From contig MNCI01002682.1 in the NCBI GenBank assembly GCA_015680685.1, forward strand, positions 62,001 through 126,000: 64,000 nt of DNA, written 5' to 3'. Position 1 is the first letter of the stretch; each line of letters opens with the position of its first letter. Below, piece after piece: positions 11,345 through 26,600 of this stretch. A program made the position numbers and the translations under genes. The DNA is from Gnetum montanum (Eukaryota; Plantae; Gnetophyta). The notes under the pieces are model-generated. The model made no database searches. It was not told the origin of the DNA and saw only the letters and a program-made list of their open reading frames with translations.

Positions 11345-14300
11345 GTTTGCAAAAAGGATAACACTGTCTTGGACAAACAGGAATTTAATGGAATGGAGTG
11401 GACATTTAATGAGACTCCTCGTGTAAGTTCATTTAATAAGTACATTTCTAATGTAAATTATGTGTCCTTTGAAACCTCTTTTTTTAGTTCATGCAATGGC
11501 AGCATTATCTCTGAATTCTAAATTAAGCCACTGTGTTGTAGTTGGATATGATTTTATCTTGGAGACTTAGACATGGTTACATGATTGAAATTTTGGTTGT
11601 TGTACACAGTTGAATCTAAATTAGCATGTTATAAAATCATTGAAATCTTGTGTCATTGAAATACAATAACTGTCTTATTTAAATCGAAATTTCAGTACTT
11701 TGTGATGTAAAAAGGTAAACGAACTCATAAAAGAATCAAAACGATTGGTCAAAAGTTAAATTCAACAACACCTTCCAAGTTAATGGGATAAAGGCAAGGA
11801 TAACAATGATGATGATGTATCGAACTTCTTGATATTTCCAAGTCAAGCTCAAATGAAATGTGTTTTTGCAGCACTACATGATCCAAGGAAGGATTTAAAA
11901 TTCTACCATCTGTCCTTCAATTAGGTCGGAGGTATTTAAAAATTAGATGATTCTGGAATTTTACAAATTTCTGTCCAGAAAAGAAGTCGAGTTAGGGCAT
12001 CTGCCAACTTTAAGTTGGTGTTTGCGGATTGCCACAGTTATTTTAATCTCTAATGTCCTCATGCGTTCCATGAATTGTCTTCTCGGTATGTTTAGCCCAT
12101 GAACCGCAGAAATATTGAATTTGGACTGGAGTTTTTTCATTGTGTCAATGTAAAAACCTCTGGGATCAATTTCAGCTATTTTTTTACAATAGTTATTTGT
12201 ATATAAATATAAACTATTTGCATTGAACTTGTAAGCTCAGGAGATCAAACTGGAAATCTTGGCAAATATGAATAAGCAATTACTTGCTGGTTGTGTGCAT
12301 TGCAGCAATCCTACAACAATACACTGATAGTGGTGATTTATAGAGAAACTATAAGTTGAATGTCCAGCAGTATGTTTCTAAAATACCACAAGCTACCTGT
12401 GAGTACACAGTAATAGTTATTGGATACGGTTGAATGAAACAATTGATGATGGGGGGAAGGAAATCTAAGTCTTCATGATGAGGATTCAGAATCTATGAGT
12501 GAAACAATTGTGCAGTGGTCACTAATAGCACAACATCAAAGAACATAAATAACTTGGTGGCAAAGAAACAATCGCTGGATAAGATCTGTAACCATCTGAC
12601 CTGACTTCACTTAGTGTGCCTAGCATAGGCAACATGTGGGATAATATATGGTTAGCCTTCAATGTTTACGGTCAACATTCAATTGACATCAACGATGCTT
12701 GTGGGATTAGTCCAGTTTACAACATTACATGCTTTGAATGTAGAAGCACCTGAATGCAATACCTACTACATGAAATAGCAAACTTGACTTTTATCAAGAA
12801 GTTTTATGATACAAATTAAAATTTGAGAACATGTACCGTGTAGCCGTATCATATAGCCCCAACGCCCGATACTAGCAACGTAGACATAAAAGAAAACAGC
12901 AAACTTTGCAGCTCAAACTTGAAATGCTCCTTCATCAGTTACCTTGTAACACTTATCATCTTAATAGTTTACGAGGAATATTGTTTACTAGGTATTTGTT
13001 GAGATCATAGGTTAGGGCGTTGATAGTATTTGCAATGGCTCTTAGTAGAACCTTATTTTAATGGATTTTATCATGTCCATAGATTTTGAGCATATCACAT
13101 TATCAGACTTTAGTCTCCTCTAAACATCATGTGAAGTTGAGTTATGTCACATTTTTTATTTGCTCTCTAGCCAATATGATTGCTTATCAAAACGAATGAA
13201 ACTGATATGCAAATTGGAATAAAAATCTCTGATTACAGCAGCAATAATCTCGAAGATGTATATCAATAACCTGCTTTTTCTAAAGATGCATTTAACATCC
13301 TGTTTCAATGAATGCATGAGAACAGACCAACCAGAAGCAGCTTATTGCATATCTCTAAGGAATACATGTCAGTATTCTATTACCTGTTCTTTTCCAAATA
13401 AAAATTATTTTTAAATATTATTTATTTAATTACCTTCCCTATTTTGGTAGATTAGTTTTATGATAATCAAACTATCTGTCAGCTATCTCGGGTTGTCAAA
13501 TGAATTTAACTCTAGTTGCCAAACAAGCTATATTGATAGATATGGTTTCATAATTAGTAAATATAAAATTTTTAATCTTTTGTTTTCAAATATTTTGCTT
13601 AAAATCTGAAAGAAGTATAATATCAGGTGTTAGTTCCAATTGCCAATGGTACAGAGGAAATGGAGGCTGTAATTATCATAGATGTTTTAAGGAGGGCAAG
13701 TATGGAGGTGTTAGTTGCGACTATAGAAGAGACGCTGGACATAGTGGCTTCAAGGAAAGTAAAAATTGTTGCAGACAAGAGGATTGGACACTCATCATTT
13801 GTTCCATATGACTTAATTGTTTTGCCGGTAAGATATCAAGCATTTCTATCCTTTTTTTGTTCTTTTATTTTATGGAGATCAGTGATTGGGTAAAGTGCGT
13901 GTAATTTTCTATTCCTTTTCAAGGATGACTTTAAATAGCTTGTTATAAAGTCATATCATTATTGCATTATTCATGGTGGTTCATCCTTTGACTCTCTCCT
14001 CTCTGCAGAAATGAGTGGACTTCATTCAACTGTATGAGTTAGAGCCTTATTTTAAATAATGACGTGTCTGACTTGAAGAGTGCAAGTGACCTATCATATA
14101 CTTTGGTGTAGCAGGCAAATGGCCAACAACAGTAACAGAAATCGTATTAACAAATAATGGTAAAAGCAGTACATTGCCACACTTTTGTCTGGGGTTACTA
14201 ACTTGCAAAATTTCATGACATACAGTATAGGAAATAAAATAAAATCGGTGTTATATCTTATTTTTTGGAAGTAAGGTCAGGCATTTTATTCATGTCAAAC

Positions 14301-17300
14301 ATATCGTGTATTTACATGTACTTCTTCCCAAAAGTCGGCAGGAGAAACCCCTCCTACCCTCTGGCCCCGTCCTGGCCGACACAACCTCGGATTGTCAAAC
14401 AACAAAGACATTCGCAACAACAGTAACCAAAACTGACTGCCCAACGCAGATGCATTTTTTGCCCATCCCTGGGCCACGGCTAATAACAACTAAGAAAACA
14501 TAAAGATCTTTAATCTACCATATGCAACCTTGCTAAGCACTTTATCTAAAATGAACTGAAGTTTGACCAAAGCAACAAATGAAGCAGCCTGCTGGAAATC
14601 AACAAACCCGCACTCCACCTGAACACGCTCCGCCTTCGGCAGACACTGTCTTGTCCAGGTGCAACTTCACGACCACCTGACGGATATGCCTGCGAAGCTC
14701 ACCCATGGTGTCTTTGTGTGAATGAAGAGAATAGGAGGTTCAAAGCTTACGTAAGCTTTAAGATAAAATATTCTTTGAATAGAATTTGTTAGAAGGTTCA
14801 AAATTGCCTTGTCTTTGAATTTCTAAGTTTACGTAAGCTTTAAGATAAAATATTCTTTTGAAAGACCGTTCCTGTTATAAGCTAGGAGTAAGTACACCTT
14901 TGTTATTGATAGGGTGCAACTTCTTATAGCTGTCAATTATCTCTTTAATCTGCCCCAAAATATGTTTTTGCAATTCAATCTACCATAATAGCTTCTAAGC
15001 AAGATCTAAATGGTTTGTGAGAATACTAGAAAGGTTTGTGGCAGATCTATGGTTGAATGGTGGGTCTCCTGCTTTGATTCCAGAATTAATGGCTGTAGTG
15101 GTTGCTGGTTATGGTGGGAGTTACACTTAAATGTTGGCAGTTACAGTTAAGCCTGGCCATATGCCGTTATAATCATGCCTGAAATATGGTAGATAATTAA
15201 TGTGGCAGTTACATGTAGGGAATGGCAAACCTTGCATGAGTGCAAGGAAGAGGAAATAACACCCCTCGCTCTCTCATTTGTGAGAGGGGAAGGGAAGAGG
15301 TGGTTCCCAGTTTTTTAGATGGAAGTGAAGGAAGAGATTCATGTTATGAATGTCCATCTAAAATGCAGCTTCGATATTTGGATAGAATTTGTTGTAATTC
15401 TCTTTTTACTTTTGTAACTTCCAGCTTTGTAATCTATTCAAGTTGTGAAATCATCGGTTACTAAAAGGTGTTTCTGAGTTAACAACATGAAAAGATTGTT
15501 GTTTCTCTCCTATAAATTGAAGTGACACTCAACGTCCACATTAGCATTCACATCTTTGCCATATGCATGTGTTAAAGTTGATACTTTTTAACATACCAAC
15601 ATTTTGTAAAAGGATCACAAGTTTGATAGCGGCTTGTAGAACTTCCTCTTCAAGCTAGTAGCTATTCTTCTATCATAAAGCATACCACTTGTTTCTCATC
15701 TATCCTCATGGAATTCTGTTTATTACATCATTATTAATTTCACCGTCCATTTAAAAAAATGATCTCAAGAATCTGAATTGCTTATTTTGAATAACTTCTT
15801 GATTTTAAATTTTAATCTTCATATCTTCATAACTTGCTTTTTTATCCAATATGTATTTCATGTATTCTGTTTTACTTCCATCAATATTTAATTGTTTTGA
15901 TTCTAAAATACTTCTCCAAGTCTTTATCTTCATAGCTAGGCCTTCCTTAAGTTTACCCACCAAAATAGTATTCCTTTGATGCTTAAATTTACCTTAGCTT
16001 ATTGTTTAAATGAAACCGTCCTTGTTTGACGGACCATCAACACAATTAACACTGTTAAGGCATGTTTGGTTAGTTGAATCGTTAAATGTTGAGTCCATAG
16101 TTCATTAATCGGAATACATTACCCTTCTCAAGGTGAATTTTGGAAAGGGAAAAAAACAACAAAAATGGGTACATCTGGTGAGTCTGACAAGAATATGAGA
16201 ATTCATCCATGTAAAACTACACAACCAAATAATTTTTATAACACAAAAGGTGGAACTAAATAATTTTTATAACACAGAAGGTGAAATCTGCAAATTTACT
16301 GCAACCAAAGAACACCCTTAACGGGTGGAATCCGCATATCAGAAATTAATCTCTTAATGAAAGGTTTGGACTTTTGCGGGTTTTGAGTGTGGTTCATGCT
16401 GATGCTTAGACCGTCTGCATGCTGTTCATGAAGCAGGCGGAAACAAGAGTTGTTCTATTTCGACTATTTTGAATCTAGACTTGAAAAAAGAGCTGGCAGG
16501 ACTTGTCAATGAAGCCAGAGGGATTAATTGTGTTCAAGCAAAATCTGTTTATAAAAAATTTTTATTCTAAATAATCATTCGGAACATACTGTTATCATAA
16601 GTAGAGCTGGGCTTTTGCTCGGTAGCATTGTGGTCAGTGGTTAAAGTCCCTTTGTAATTGCTTCGGTGTACGGAGTTTGAATTCCTTTGAGGATCTTCTC
16701 AACTGACTTATATAATAGAACTAGTCCTTTTTTTGAGCCTTGTATCTATTATGCACCATACTTCCGTTGTAGTACGTGGTAACTGTACCATTATTCTTTA
16801 GTTGATAATTTCAATTTTCACATTTCATCAAAGGAGACACCTCTTTATATCACCCGCATTACGGTTTTAACTTTTAGTTATATTATTAATACCGGAAATC
16901 ACATGGTAATTTGTAATGCAGGGTGGCTTGGAGGGTGCTGAAAGGATGAGTAAGAGCGAGCTGCTGATCAAGTTGCTCAAAGAACAAGCTAGTTTAAATA
17001 AACCTTACGGTGCTATCTGTGCATCTCCAGCTGTTGTGCTAGAGAAGCATGGCTTGCTGAGTGTGAGTAAATATCTAATCATTTCCCTTGCAAACATATG
17101 CTTGTTTTCAGAAACATAAACTTTTAAAATTTAACAGTATGATCTATATCTGTGTTTGAGCAGCAAAAGAAGGCTACTACACATCCTATGTTTTCAAAGA
17201 ATCTTTCTGATCAAAGTGAAGTGGAAAAACGCGTTGTGATTGATGGTAATCTGATTACCAGCAGAGGTCCTGGCACAGCTATGGAATATGCCCTAGCAAT

Positions 17301-17370
17301 TGTTGAGAAATTCTATGGCCACGAAAAGGCAGCTGACATCGCTGAAGCAATGGTTTTCCCTTATCCATAG
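11345..17370 (+). CDS. DJ1C: DJ-1/PfpI family protein, DJ-1C type (3' part: interdomain linker and second DJ-1 domain). Exons 11345-11422, 13627-13827, 16922-17062, 17164-17370
   Basis: Phase-0 GT-AG exons join to EFNGMEWTFNETPR|VLVPIANGTEEMEAVIIIDVLRRA...YDLIVLP|GGLEGAERM...YGAICASPAV...|QKKATTHP...VVIDGNLITSRGPGTAMEYALAIVEKFYG...VFPYP*. The TPRVL and VF.YP features match DJ-1C, and the catalytic Glu and Cys are retained. 5' exons were not found in the window. Confidence 0.88.
14283..14742 (-). mobile_element. Probable short 3' fragment of an L1 LINE in a DJ-1C intron
   Basis: CpG-rich insert with an (R)NLLF-like ORF end, a GT-rich 3'UTR and AATAAA on the minus strand. A 37-bp local duplication lies next to it (14743/14825). 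Confidence 0.35.
16605..16735 (+). mobile_element. Possible tRNA-derived SINE
   Basis: A-box-like tggtcagtgg, B-box-like gagtttgaattcc, terminal T-run. Confidence 0.35.
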
Positions 17371-18111
17371 ATGCTGTTTAATACTTTTAAGGTATTTTCA
17401 GCCATTTCAGTGTCTTTCAATTATGAAGTCTACATAGAAAATTAGGAGTGAATATGCCACAAGGATTTCTTTCTTCCACCTTTAGAATATACTTGCCATC
17501 ATGGCAATGCTGCTAAAATAAGTTTTGGAAGGCTCATCCTTGTCAAGAAAGTTGGAAAGAAATGTCAGTATCTTTTGATTGTCTCCTACTTTTATAACAG
17601 ACTTTTTTATTTGTTAAACTACCCTTTACTTTTCCCGTGTAACGCTAAAATGGGATTTAAATGTTGCAACCTTTGCTTTATGTTTTGTTGAATATGGGGC
17701 AGTTACACATGGTTGTATTTTTCGAAGTACTGACTGATGTTTTGTCTTTAAGGTGATAATGTATTGAGCTTCTTTTTGAAGTTTGTATTTTATTCGAGAA
17801 CCTGAAATCTATTATTATTTTCCACGTATCCACCGTTGCATTAATCATTGTGCCACACCCCGCTCGTTATCACTGTAAACAGAGCTACTGTTACTCTTTG
17901 TATGAGTTCGTTAATGCATACGATGATGAGCTATTTTGTACCTTGTTATTTTTAGTCAGTGAACAATAGCGCTGGGTGCAGGAACGTAATCGTTGAACCG
18001 TTTCTTTCTACCCACGTAAGATCTATATACCAATGATTACGACGATACAATATTAATAAGCTTTAATAGTGAAATTGTGGCATAAGCGTGACTGTTATGA
18101 AGGGTAGAAAA

Positions 18112-18394
18112 TGTCCTAGTGAAAGGGAAGGTTAAGTGTCCTAGTGAAAGGGAAGGTTAAGTTTACTAATTCAATTCCTTATTAGAAGGATCTCTTAGAA
18201 ATTATATTAAAAAGTATATTATTGATGAATGAGAGATGTAAGGTGGTTGTTTCTTAAGTCATAAAAAGTCCAAGATTCCATCCTTCATAGAACCAAAGTT
18301 TACATTTTATATTCCAACTTATATAAGGTTATATTAAAAAGTCCAAGATTCCATCCTTCATAGAACCAAAGTTTACATTTTATATTCCAACTTA
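18112..18394. repeat. Two short local duplications (25 bp x2 at 18112-18161; about 60 bp at 18262 and 18335)
   Basis: Direct repeats visible in the sequence. Confidence 0.8.
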
Positions 18395-20658
18395 AAACAT
18401 GGAGTGCTTTCTTTCATATGATTAAATGATAATAAAGTTTTTTCTTTGTTTCTATTTTAGAAATTTTTTGTAATTAAAGTATTGCATATAGAACTTTAAG
18501 TTCTAACTCTAAATTCATTTAACAAAAATTGTTTTTGAGGTTTGTTACTTTTCTTTCAAGATATTTTGATCAAGACATAGGTCCCAAAGCATGCCTAAAG
18601 ATAGTATGCATTGCATGATTGGTTAAAATAAATCTTTTCAAATTTCGCAAATCCAAATACATAATGATTCCATTTGTAATTGAGATCATTCTAGTTGCAA
18701 TCAACTACATATATCCATAATTGTCTTGTCTTCAATTGAAAATTATGATTTCTTTCTATTGGCTCCACAATTAACACTTATGTTTTTTTGTCAACGTGAG
18801 CTTCATTCTTATATGTTCACAAAAGTTTTCTTATGGGTATAGTATTATTTCAAACATTTTTTTTTTCTTTTTTGAATTTGCAACAAGTGTTACATCCACA
18901 AACTAACATATTTATGTTGGCCAAGAGGACATCTACCATCCCCATCCAAGAGAGTCCTTGGTCACAATAAAATAATTTTGTCATAATTGTGAGGGGAGTT
19001 CTCTTGGTCACAATTTTTCTCTTAATCATAGCTAAGGAGGAGCTTTATGGCCAAAAGGCCAACTACCAATAAATTTCATCCAAGGATGAATATAGACCCA
19101 TCAAACAAAGATAATCATTCCAGACAATAAATAAATAATTATCATCATAATGTTGGTCTAAGAAATGAACATTTTCACAAGAATTATTATTTTGACTAAG
19201 AGTTTTGTTGAGAGACCAACTATTTTGGGACATGAACTTTGTTGCTAAAAATAAATAAATTGTTATAAAGCTTGGGGAAGATATCAACTTTTTCCCCAAG
19301 AATTATTGTTGAATAACATGCACTAGTTTTTATTTTTGTTTTTCAATGCAAATCAATTCGAGATTTTATTAATTTGAAAAATATAAAAAAAAATTTCAGC
19401 CAAATAATAGATATATATTATAAATACATAGCTAACCAAAACTAATAATTAATGCATATAATAACATATATTTCAAGTTTAATTTAGCCAACTCTTCTAG
19501 CTTCTCAATAAAATGCTGAACAATATCAAAGAAAGAAAATAGCCTTTAAGCTCATTAATAATTTGAATGTGCCTTGTTAAGTATCTACAACTTTTTCATA
19601 TTATCTTTAATATTTTTTTTCTTAGAGATTCCTTTCTCCAGCTTTCCTAAAATTATGCTGTAATAATCTTCTCTTTCTTATTTTTTTCCAAAAATAATCT
19701 CATTATCTAAACTTCTTTAAACTGACTCCCTTCAATTATTTTTTCATCATTAAATTTACCATAAATATAGAATAACACGTCAATTAATATTATTTAAGTA
19801 AAATATTTCATCAAGATATTCACTTTTGCCAGATGACCATTTCAAATGTTGAAAGTAGGCTTGGTATTTCAAAAACAACAAAACAACAATGCTAATTGTT
19901 AGGTTAACATATAGCCTTCGCGAACCGATGGGGCAAATTCTTAGGATACCATATAGCCTTCACGAAGTATCTGAATGAAAATTATTGAAATGGTAAGTCG
20001 ACAGCTGCTGTAAACGTAGTTGTGACAGTATAATATTATGTATAAAATATGTACACAAGGCTAAAAACTTGACCTGTTTCATAGAAAATTTAACCTCTAT
20101 TTGGATACAATATCCTGGAATACAAAACCGTAATATACGTTTTGAGCAATGATATGCCTTTATATGAACCTCAAATTCCACTACTGATTGACATTGTTGA
20201 AATTATAAATCTAAAAGAAAATGCCTTGATTTTTCGGGATGGAATTTTTACAAATATTGGATTGGAATTATGGTAAATAATTTTTGTAACGGGACTGTTC
20301 TGTTTTTCCCATCTTATTAAATCCTTCCTTGTATTTTCAGAGCAGTTATGGGCAAACGTCATGCCTCCCAAGTTATCCTCACATTTTGTCATCATCATAT
20401 GGGTACTTTACAGCCACGATTTCTCTCAAGGCCATGTAAATATCAATGACTTGCATCAAAGAACTACATCAGCACATAACACTGAGAAAAATGTATGTTG
20501 CAGCCTCTTCTTAAAGATTAATACAGAGATTACATATGATAAAATGAATAACGGTGAGGCCCAAAGCCTCAAAATAGAACTTTGTTGGATTTAAATTGCT
20601 TCCTATACTGTTATAAGTTACAAGAATTTACAGAGCATCTCCATCTTGAAAAGAATGC

Positions 20659-23600
20659 TCACTTCTGTCCTCCATAGATCTGAAGAAAATATGATGCCTT
20701 GTTCCGAACCTGTGAAAGCACAGTTCATTTACAACTTAAATTTCAGATGGCAGAGATAAATTTTATTCAAGAAGGGTTGCAGTAGTCACCTTTGAAGCAT
20801 ATGTTCTCCAATCAGCACTGCTAATTTGACAGGAACAATTTCTGAGGAACTGCAGCCATGTTTCAATTAAATTTGATCCTTCAAGGATCAAAGTGTTGCA
20901 CCATAGCCAGCTGTCTGCCAGTGAAAGCCATATAAATAACTGGGAAAAATCTATTTGCTTATTCCTTATGTTAATGAAAGAAAGATCTCTGACTATATCT
21001 ATGTCATCAGTTGATTCCTGTAACATATTCCACTGTTTAGCAGAGCTTTAAAACAACAAACAATTGAGAGTTCGAAACTATCAATATTCCAACTATTGTA
21101 TAATTAATACAAAACAAAAAAATTGTTTAACAAAAAACAGATCAATCCAAAATTTCTAAGAGAAAAATTAACCTGTTTTCCCATACAAGTTAGCAAAAGT
21201 TGACGAGAAACCATCCATTTCAACTCCTTCATACGAATGTGCCCACTTGATAAACTATCGACAAGCCTCAAACAACTAAAATCCATTTTGGGAAGACTGC
21301 CCAAGCAAGACAATTACCTTAGAATTAGGTTTAAAGAAATATAGACATTTTCAGGATTTCAATAAAGGGCAAAAAATATAGAGAAGATGTTACTAACATT
21401 GAAACAATTTTATTAAAACTTTAATATATATTGTTTTACATCAAGGAATCATATATTGCACTCAAGCAAAGGCAAAATCCTGCTGCAACTTGAATGAGAC
21501 ATGATCAATTTCTACCGCACCAAAGGGTACTTGTACTTATAACTTACTGGATGACAAACCAACAAATTACCAAACAACAGAATTACAACATACTTTCCTA
21601 AAACTTTTCAGAATTCAAGTCTATCCTACTACCTTTTAGAAGTTTTCAAACTGAAACTGAAACTATCAATCAAAGACTTGATGGATCCAATTAGAACAAT
21701 TGTAGAAGTTGATTTGTTAACTTTCTTCAATGATATAATTTTTAGCAACTATGGCTTGGTTAAAGCATGTAACTTGTGGTTTGTAAGTCACAGGTTCAAT
21801 CTCAAAGATGCTGATAAACATGTCAACCCAGGGCACAGTAAAAATATAGATTCAAGCTATAGCATCAAATAGACAGCCAACAATAGAAAATCATCATCAA
21901 ATCCTTCACTAACTATGAGAATAAAGACACCATGATGATGATTCAACATTGTTTTCAGAGAGATTCATTAAGAACATTTGAGGAAGATTTGGTATTTATC
22001 CTCAATTATGTTGGAGATGTAAAATTTAGAATTGGACATAATTAAACCTTTATTAAGGAACAATTCCAAAAAGAAAAGGCCCTAATTAGAAACTAAATAA
22101 ATATAAAATCATAAAGAGTCAGAGCATCCCGACAAAACAGGGCCTTTGGCCAAGATCAGAGAGTCTCTAGGCATATCCACAAGGACCCAATCGTGATAGA
22201 TCAGGAGATGAAAAGGATGGGGCGCTTACTTCTTTGACAAAACAATTGTGCAAACCAAAAACTGGTCCAGATAGAGCAAATGTAACATTAAGTCTGGGAA
22301 CCAGGGCAGGGGTCTTGCATGAGATGCATAGGGGTTGTTCAGTGCCGAAGGGGGAGAAGGCATCTGAGGCACATGAGTGTAAGGCCCATAGGGCATTCTC
22401 CAAGCCCAACAACATGATTACACTTTACTAGAAATCCTGGAATTACATGCTTTTTATTGTAATAGGACAATCATATTCCTAGGGTCTAATGGTATCTACA
22501 TGGATGTACCAAAACTATGCGCTCTTGCAAAATTCTGATGCTGAAATTTTAAAGAATTAATTAATTGTATGTATTGTATTAAAAATGACCACTTGGCCGG
22601 ATTGTACAGTGCTTGTTTCTCAAATCATAAGATGTGTTTGAGCCTAGGTGCAGCCACTCGAAAGAGGTTAGAGGTTAGGGTTTTGCTCATCCATGGCCCC
22701 TCTCAGGACCCTGCTTGGATAAGCATTGAGCCTCTGGGTGATGATCCTATATTGTATTAAATATGACAAGACATTAATATGTCATGTAACCTAACATGAA
22801 TTTCAACATATATTGCAACCTTCATAGAAAACTCTGCATGTACCTTTTGCCCTGCATGCATGGATATAATGTAGTCATATTTCAAACAAACAACTTATTG
22901 CTTAACAAACCAACAAATTTCTCATCAAGCGTCAACCATATTAGCAATTTATCAAATTATATTGGCTCTCTAAAACCTCATAATGATGAAATGTCCATTC
23001 CTAATTTTTTAACAAATAAAAAGATGGTAATACTAATGATAAAATTAAGCTTCACAGTGCATCCAGAAATTTTTTAGAATCGGTGTTCATTTATAATATT
23101 ACTCCGAAGTTGCAACCTTAGAAGCCAAAACAAAGCCTTACGTTTGCACGACTGCACTATTTATAATGTCCAATTTCAAATAGCCATGTGTGCGCACAAC
23201 CTAAATGTACTCCAATGATAACATCTTTTAAAAATATGACAAAACCAAGACATACTAGCGAGTAAACAACCAGAAAATGTAATCCAATTCCATCATGTAA
23301 CCAGTTCTTAAAATATAAACATGTACCAGACAACAAACCTGCAGCAAAGGCGAGATGAAATCTTCTTCAAACTGACATACCATTCTTCCTCAGTGAAAGA
23401 TTCAATGACAGAAATAAGACTTTCTCGCAGGAGGATGTTAAGATACAGAAGTTGGTGATCTAAGAAAAAATGTGTCATTATAACAACCAGATTTTCTATT
23501 TCATCAGCAGTGAATAAGGATCTTCTTTTCCTGCAATTAATTTCTTTCCTCATCATAACACAAAGTAAAATGGAAGAATCAATAATATTATCTGAAACAG

Positions 23601-26600
23601 TTGTTAGGAAACCAATATGTGAAATTGAAAATTAAAAAAAAAAAAACTAGCTGACAAAAATGCATTGTCATGTGTTAGATTATCACCATAGAACTATTTT
23701 AGAAAGCAACAATAGATTCAGTCAGTATTCCCTCAGACAGCATATCATAAGGCAGCATATTCAGTCAATAGATTTTCTTTTTCTTTTTTGTGGTGGGTAT
23801 TAAGAAAGAAAAGGTATCCCAGCTGAACAGATACATGGAATATTTTGAAAAACATGAAATATATATATATTCAGACTTCTAAAGATTCAACGTTTTAACT
23901 GGTTGTGCATTGGAATGTTTGATCTTGCAACAGGTTTGTGTCTTAAGCTTTAAACTACTGACCCAGCCACAATATATTTGAAGAGTTTTCTTTTTAAATA
24001 AAATAAAAATCCAAATACCAGCATAAAGCGTACTATGTGTTGTAGAAAACCCTTAGAAATGTTTGATAATCAATACATATATATATTATTGCATCAACAC
24101 CAAGTACAATCAAAACAAAATAATTAATTGATATGATAGACAGTGGGTATACGGGTGGACAAACAACAATAATTGCTGATGGATAGGTATTCAACCTTAG
24201 GGTCATAACATGCTTTAAATCACATTCCTATTGGATAGAACACCCATGGGAAAGGAAGCCCTAGCTAGCAACTACCAGGTCTATACTAGTCACGGCAACT
24301 GAGCACAAGCTTCATATGGCTTAACAACTGAAGTGTGGATTAGCATCACACTGGGTTGTGTTTGCTTTATGTACAGGGTGTTGGGTAGCAGCCACTGCCA
24401 TTCCCATATTTCATGCTCATGTTCTACAGGATGTTTGTAACAAGCAAATTCACAGCTGGAAACACAGGACGCAAAAAAACAGGAAAAGATCTGAGTTATT
24501 CCAGGAAAGAATGGCAGATTTACTTTTTCCATTATTAGAATCACCCATTACAGTTTGATTCATATGATAACCACATTTTATGGTAGGACTAATCGGTACA
24601 AGGCATGAGTCTCATTCTCTATGTAATATTTAGAATCTTCAATGTTATGCAGGGTTGTGTTTGCTATATGTACAGGGTGTTGCGTAGCAGCATTGCCATT
24701 CCCGTAGTTCATGCTCATGTTCTGCAAGATGCTTGTAACAGATGAATTAGCAGCCAGTAAAACAGGACGCAAAAATACAAGAAAATATCTGAGTTATTTC
24801 CAGGAAAGAATGGCAAATTTACCTTTTTCGTTATTAGAATCAACCCATTACAGTTTGATTCATATTATAACCACATTGTATGGCTGAAGTACTCGATACA
24901 GGACATGAGTCTCATTCTCCATGTAATATTTAGAATCTTTAATGTTATACATCCAATAATAGGCATTCTCTAACACCAAAGGTGAAATTATATAGACAAA
25001 CATTACAAAATCCTGCATGTATTAAGCTCTTCTTATCATGCATGTGATTACTATTCGTTTTTATGTGTCGTAAATGTGTGATACCGTTAGATTTTTTTTT
25101 AAAAAAAATCTTATCATACATAAGCGGCATGTGTAATGGGAAATATCTACGCACTCTTGCTATTTACTAGAGCTAACCAAACTTTTTTAAAAGCTTCCTA
25201 ACCAAGTTGTCGTCATGAACTGTTTGGTTTTGCTTTTTGCAACCTTTCCCCAGGATAAGCTTATGCAAATTTATTTTTCTTTCATTAAATTCATGTAACT
25301 AGGTTCCCACCAAATCTATTTAAAGACTAGACATAAAATCATTTTATCACTGTTTAGGAATAAAGATCTCTCATAAATTCTCTACAAAACATGTTTTCAA
25401 CTCTGCTTGCAAAATATGTATGGCTAGCATCTATATTTTAGGTAATAACATATTGTAGACATGTCAGTCACAACTAACGTGAGGGCACAATGATTTACTT
25501 TTTAAAGCTAATTAAATAATAGCCATTTTCAGCAATTTCAAACATGGAATATTTTAAAGAAGACGCTTAAAAACAGTGAATTTTTGAACCTATTCTCACA
25601 ACAAGCCACCACAAATTTCATCCATGACCGAACATTTCTTGGAGGTCCATTTCCAGAACTTTCTGCAAATAAGCTATATTTAGTTCAATATATGATGTCC
25701 AGGAAAAAATTAAGAAAAGCAAACAAGTGTAACTAGCTCATACCATCTGAGTCAATCTGGTCGCTTGCTTCCGGTGCTTCCAGATAACCGTAATTTTCAA
25801 TAGCCTTCTTGAGTTCAGCATATGGTGGAATCCACTCAATGGTGCAGGATGGTTCAGAATCCTGACAGTTGGTGAATACAGCTGACTTTTAAAAAAGAAA
25901 AAAGAAAAGTGCGATGCATATCATTGAAACCAGTGTTTAAATACCATCAAACAAAGCTAGTTTGTAATCCAATATTCCAATAATATGCCAAAATAAAGTA
26001 TAGGTAAATAAAATAATGTCTTCTAAAATACATTCATCTTGAAACAGAACAGAAATTACAATTAACCAATATTGAGTTGATGCTAGCAAAAATTTTGAAA
26101 ACCATGGTATCCTAAAACAAAAGCCGACCTTATTCCCAGAGCAAATGATGTTGCAAAGGAAGTTGCATGCAGAAATTTCCACAATGTCATTGGATGAGTA
26201 GAACACTGAATAAAAAATGATAGTTACATATTTTGAAAATCAACATTCTGAAAGCAATGTTGCAGGAACATTAAATAAATAAAGCAGTGAACCATATCTT
26301 ATAAATAGAATCCATTTAAATATATTTTTAAAAACTTACTTAAATTAAAAGCCCACCGAAAAACGGATGGTTCACAGCATCCACGAGACAACACAAGATT
26401 AAGAAGCCAGTTGCTTGTTAATAGCTCTAACATAAATGAACCCCCTGGCAACAATAAGTTCATCTCCGATGAATCAAATGTCAATGCAAAAGCATATATT
26501 TCAGTGATTGTAGCTTATAATGAAGAATTTTTATCCTTAAACAACTATTCGGGTATCTATACTCCAAAGAATTAAAACAAAGATCATTGCCACATTGATA

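Noticed and set aside
18900-19330. CACTA/DNA transposon end
   Set aside because: Only vague subterminal-like repeats; no TIR pair or TSD.
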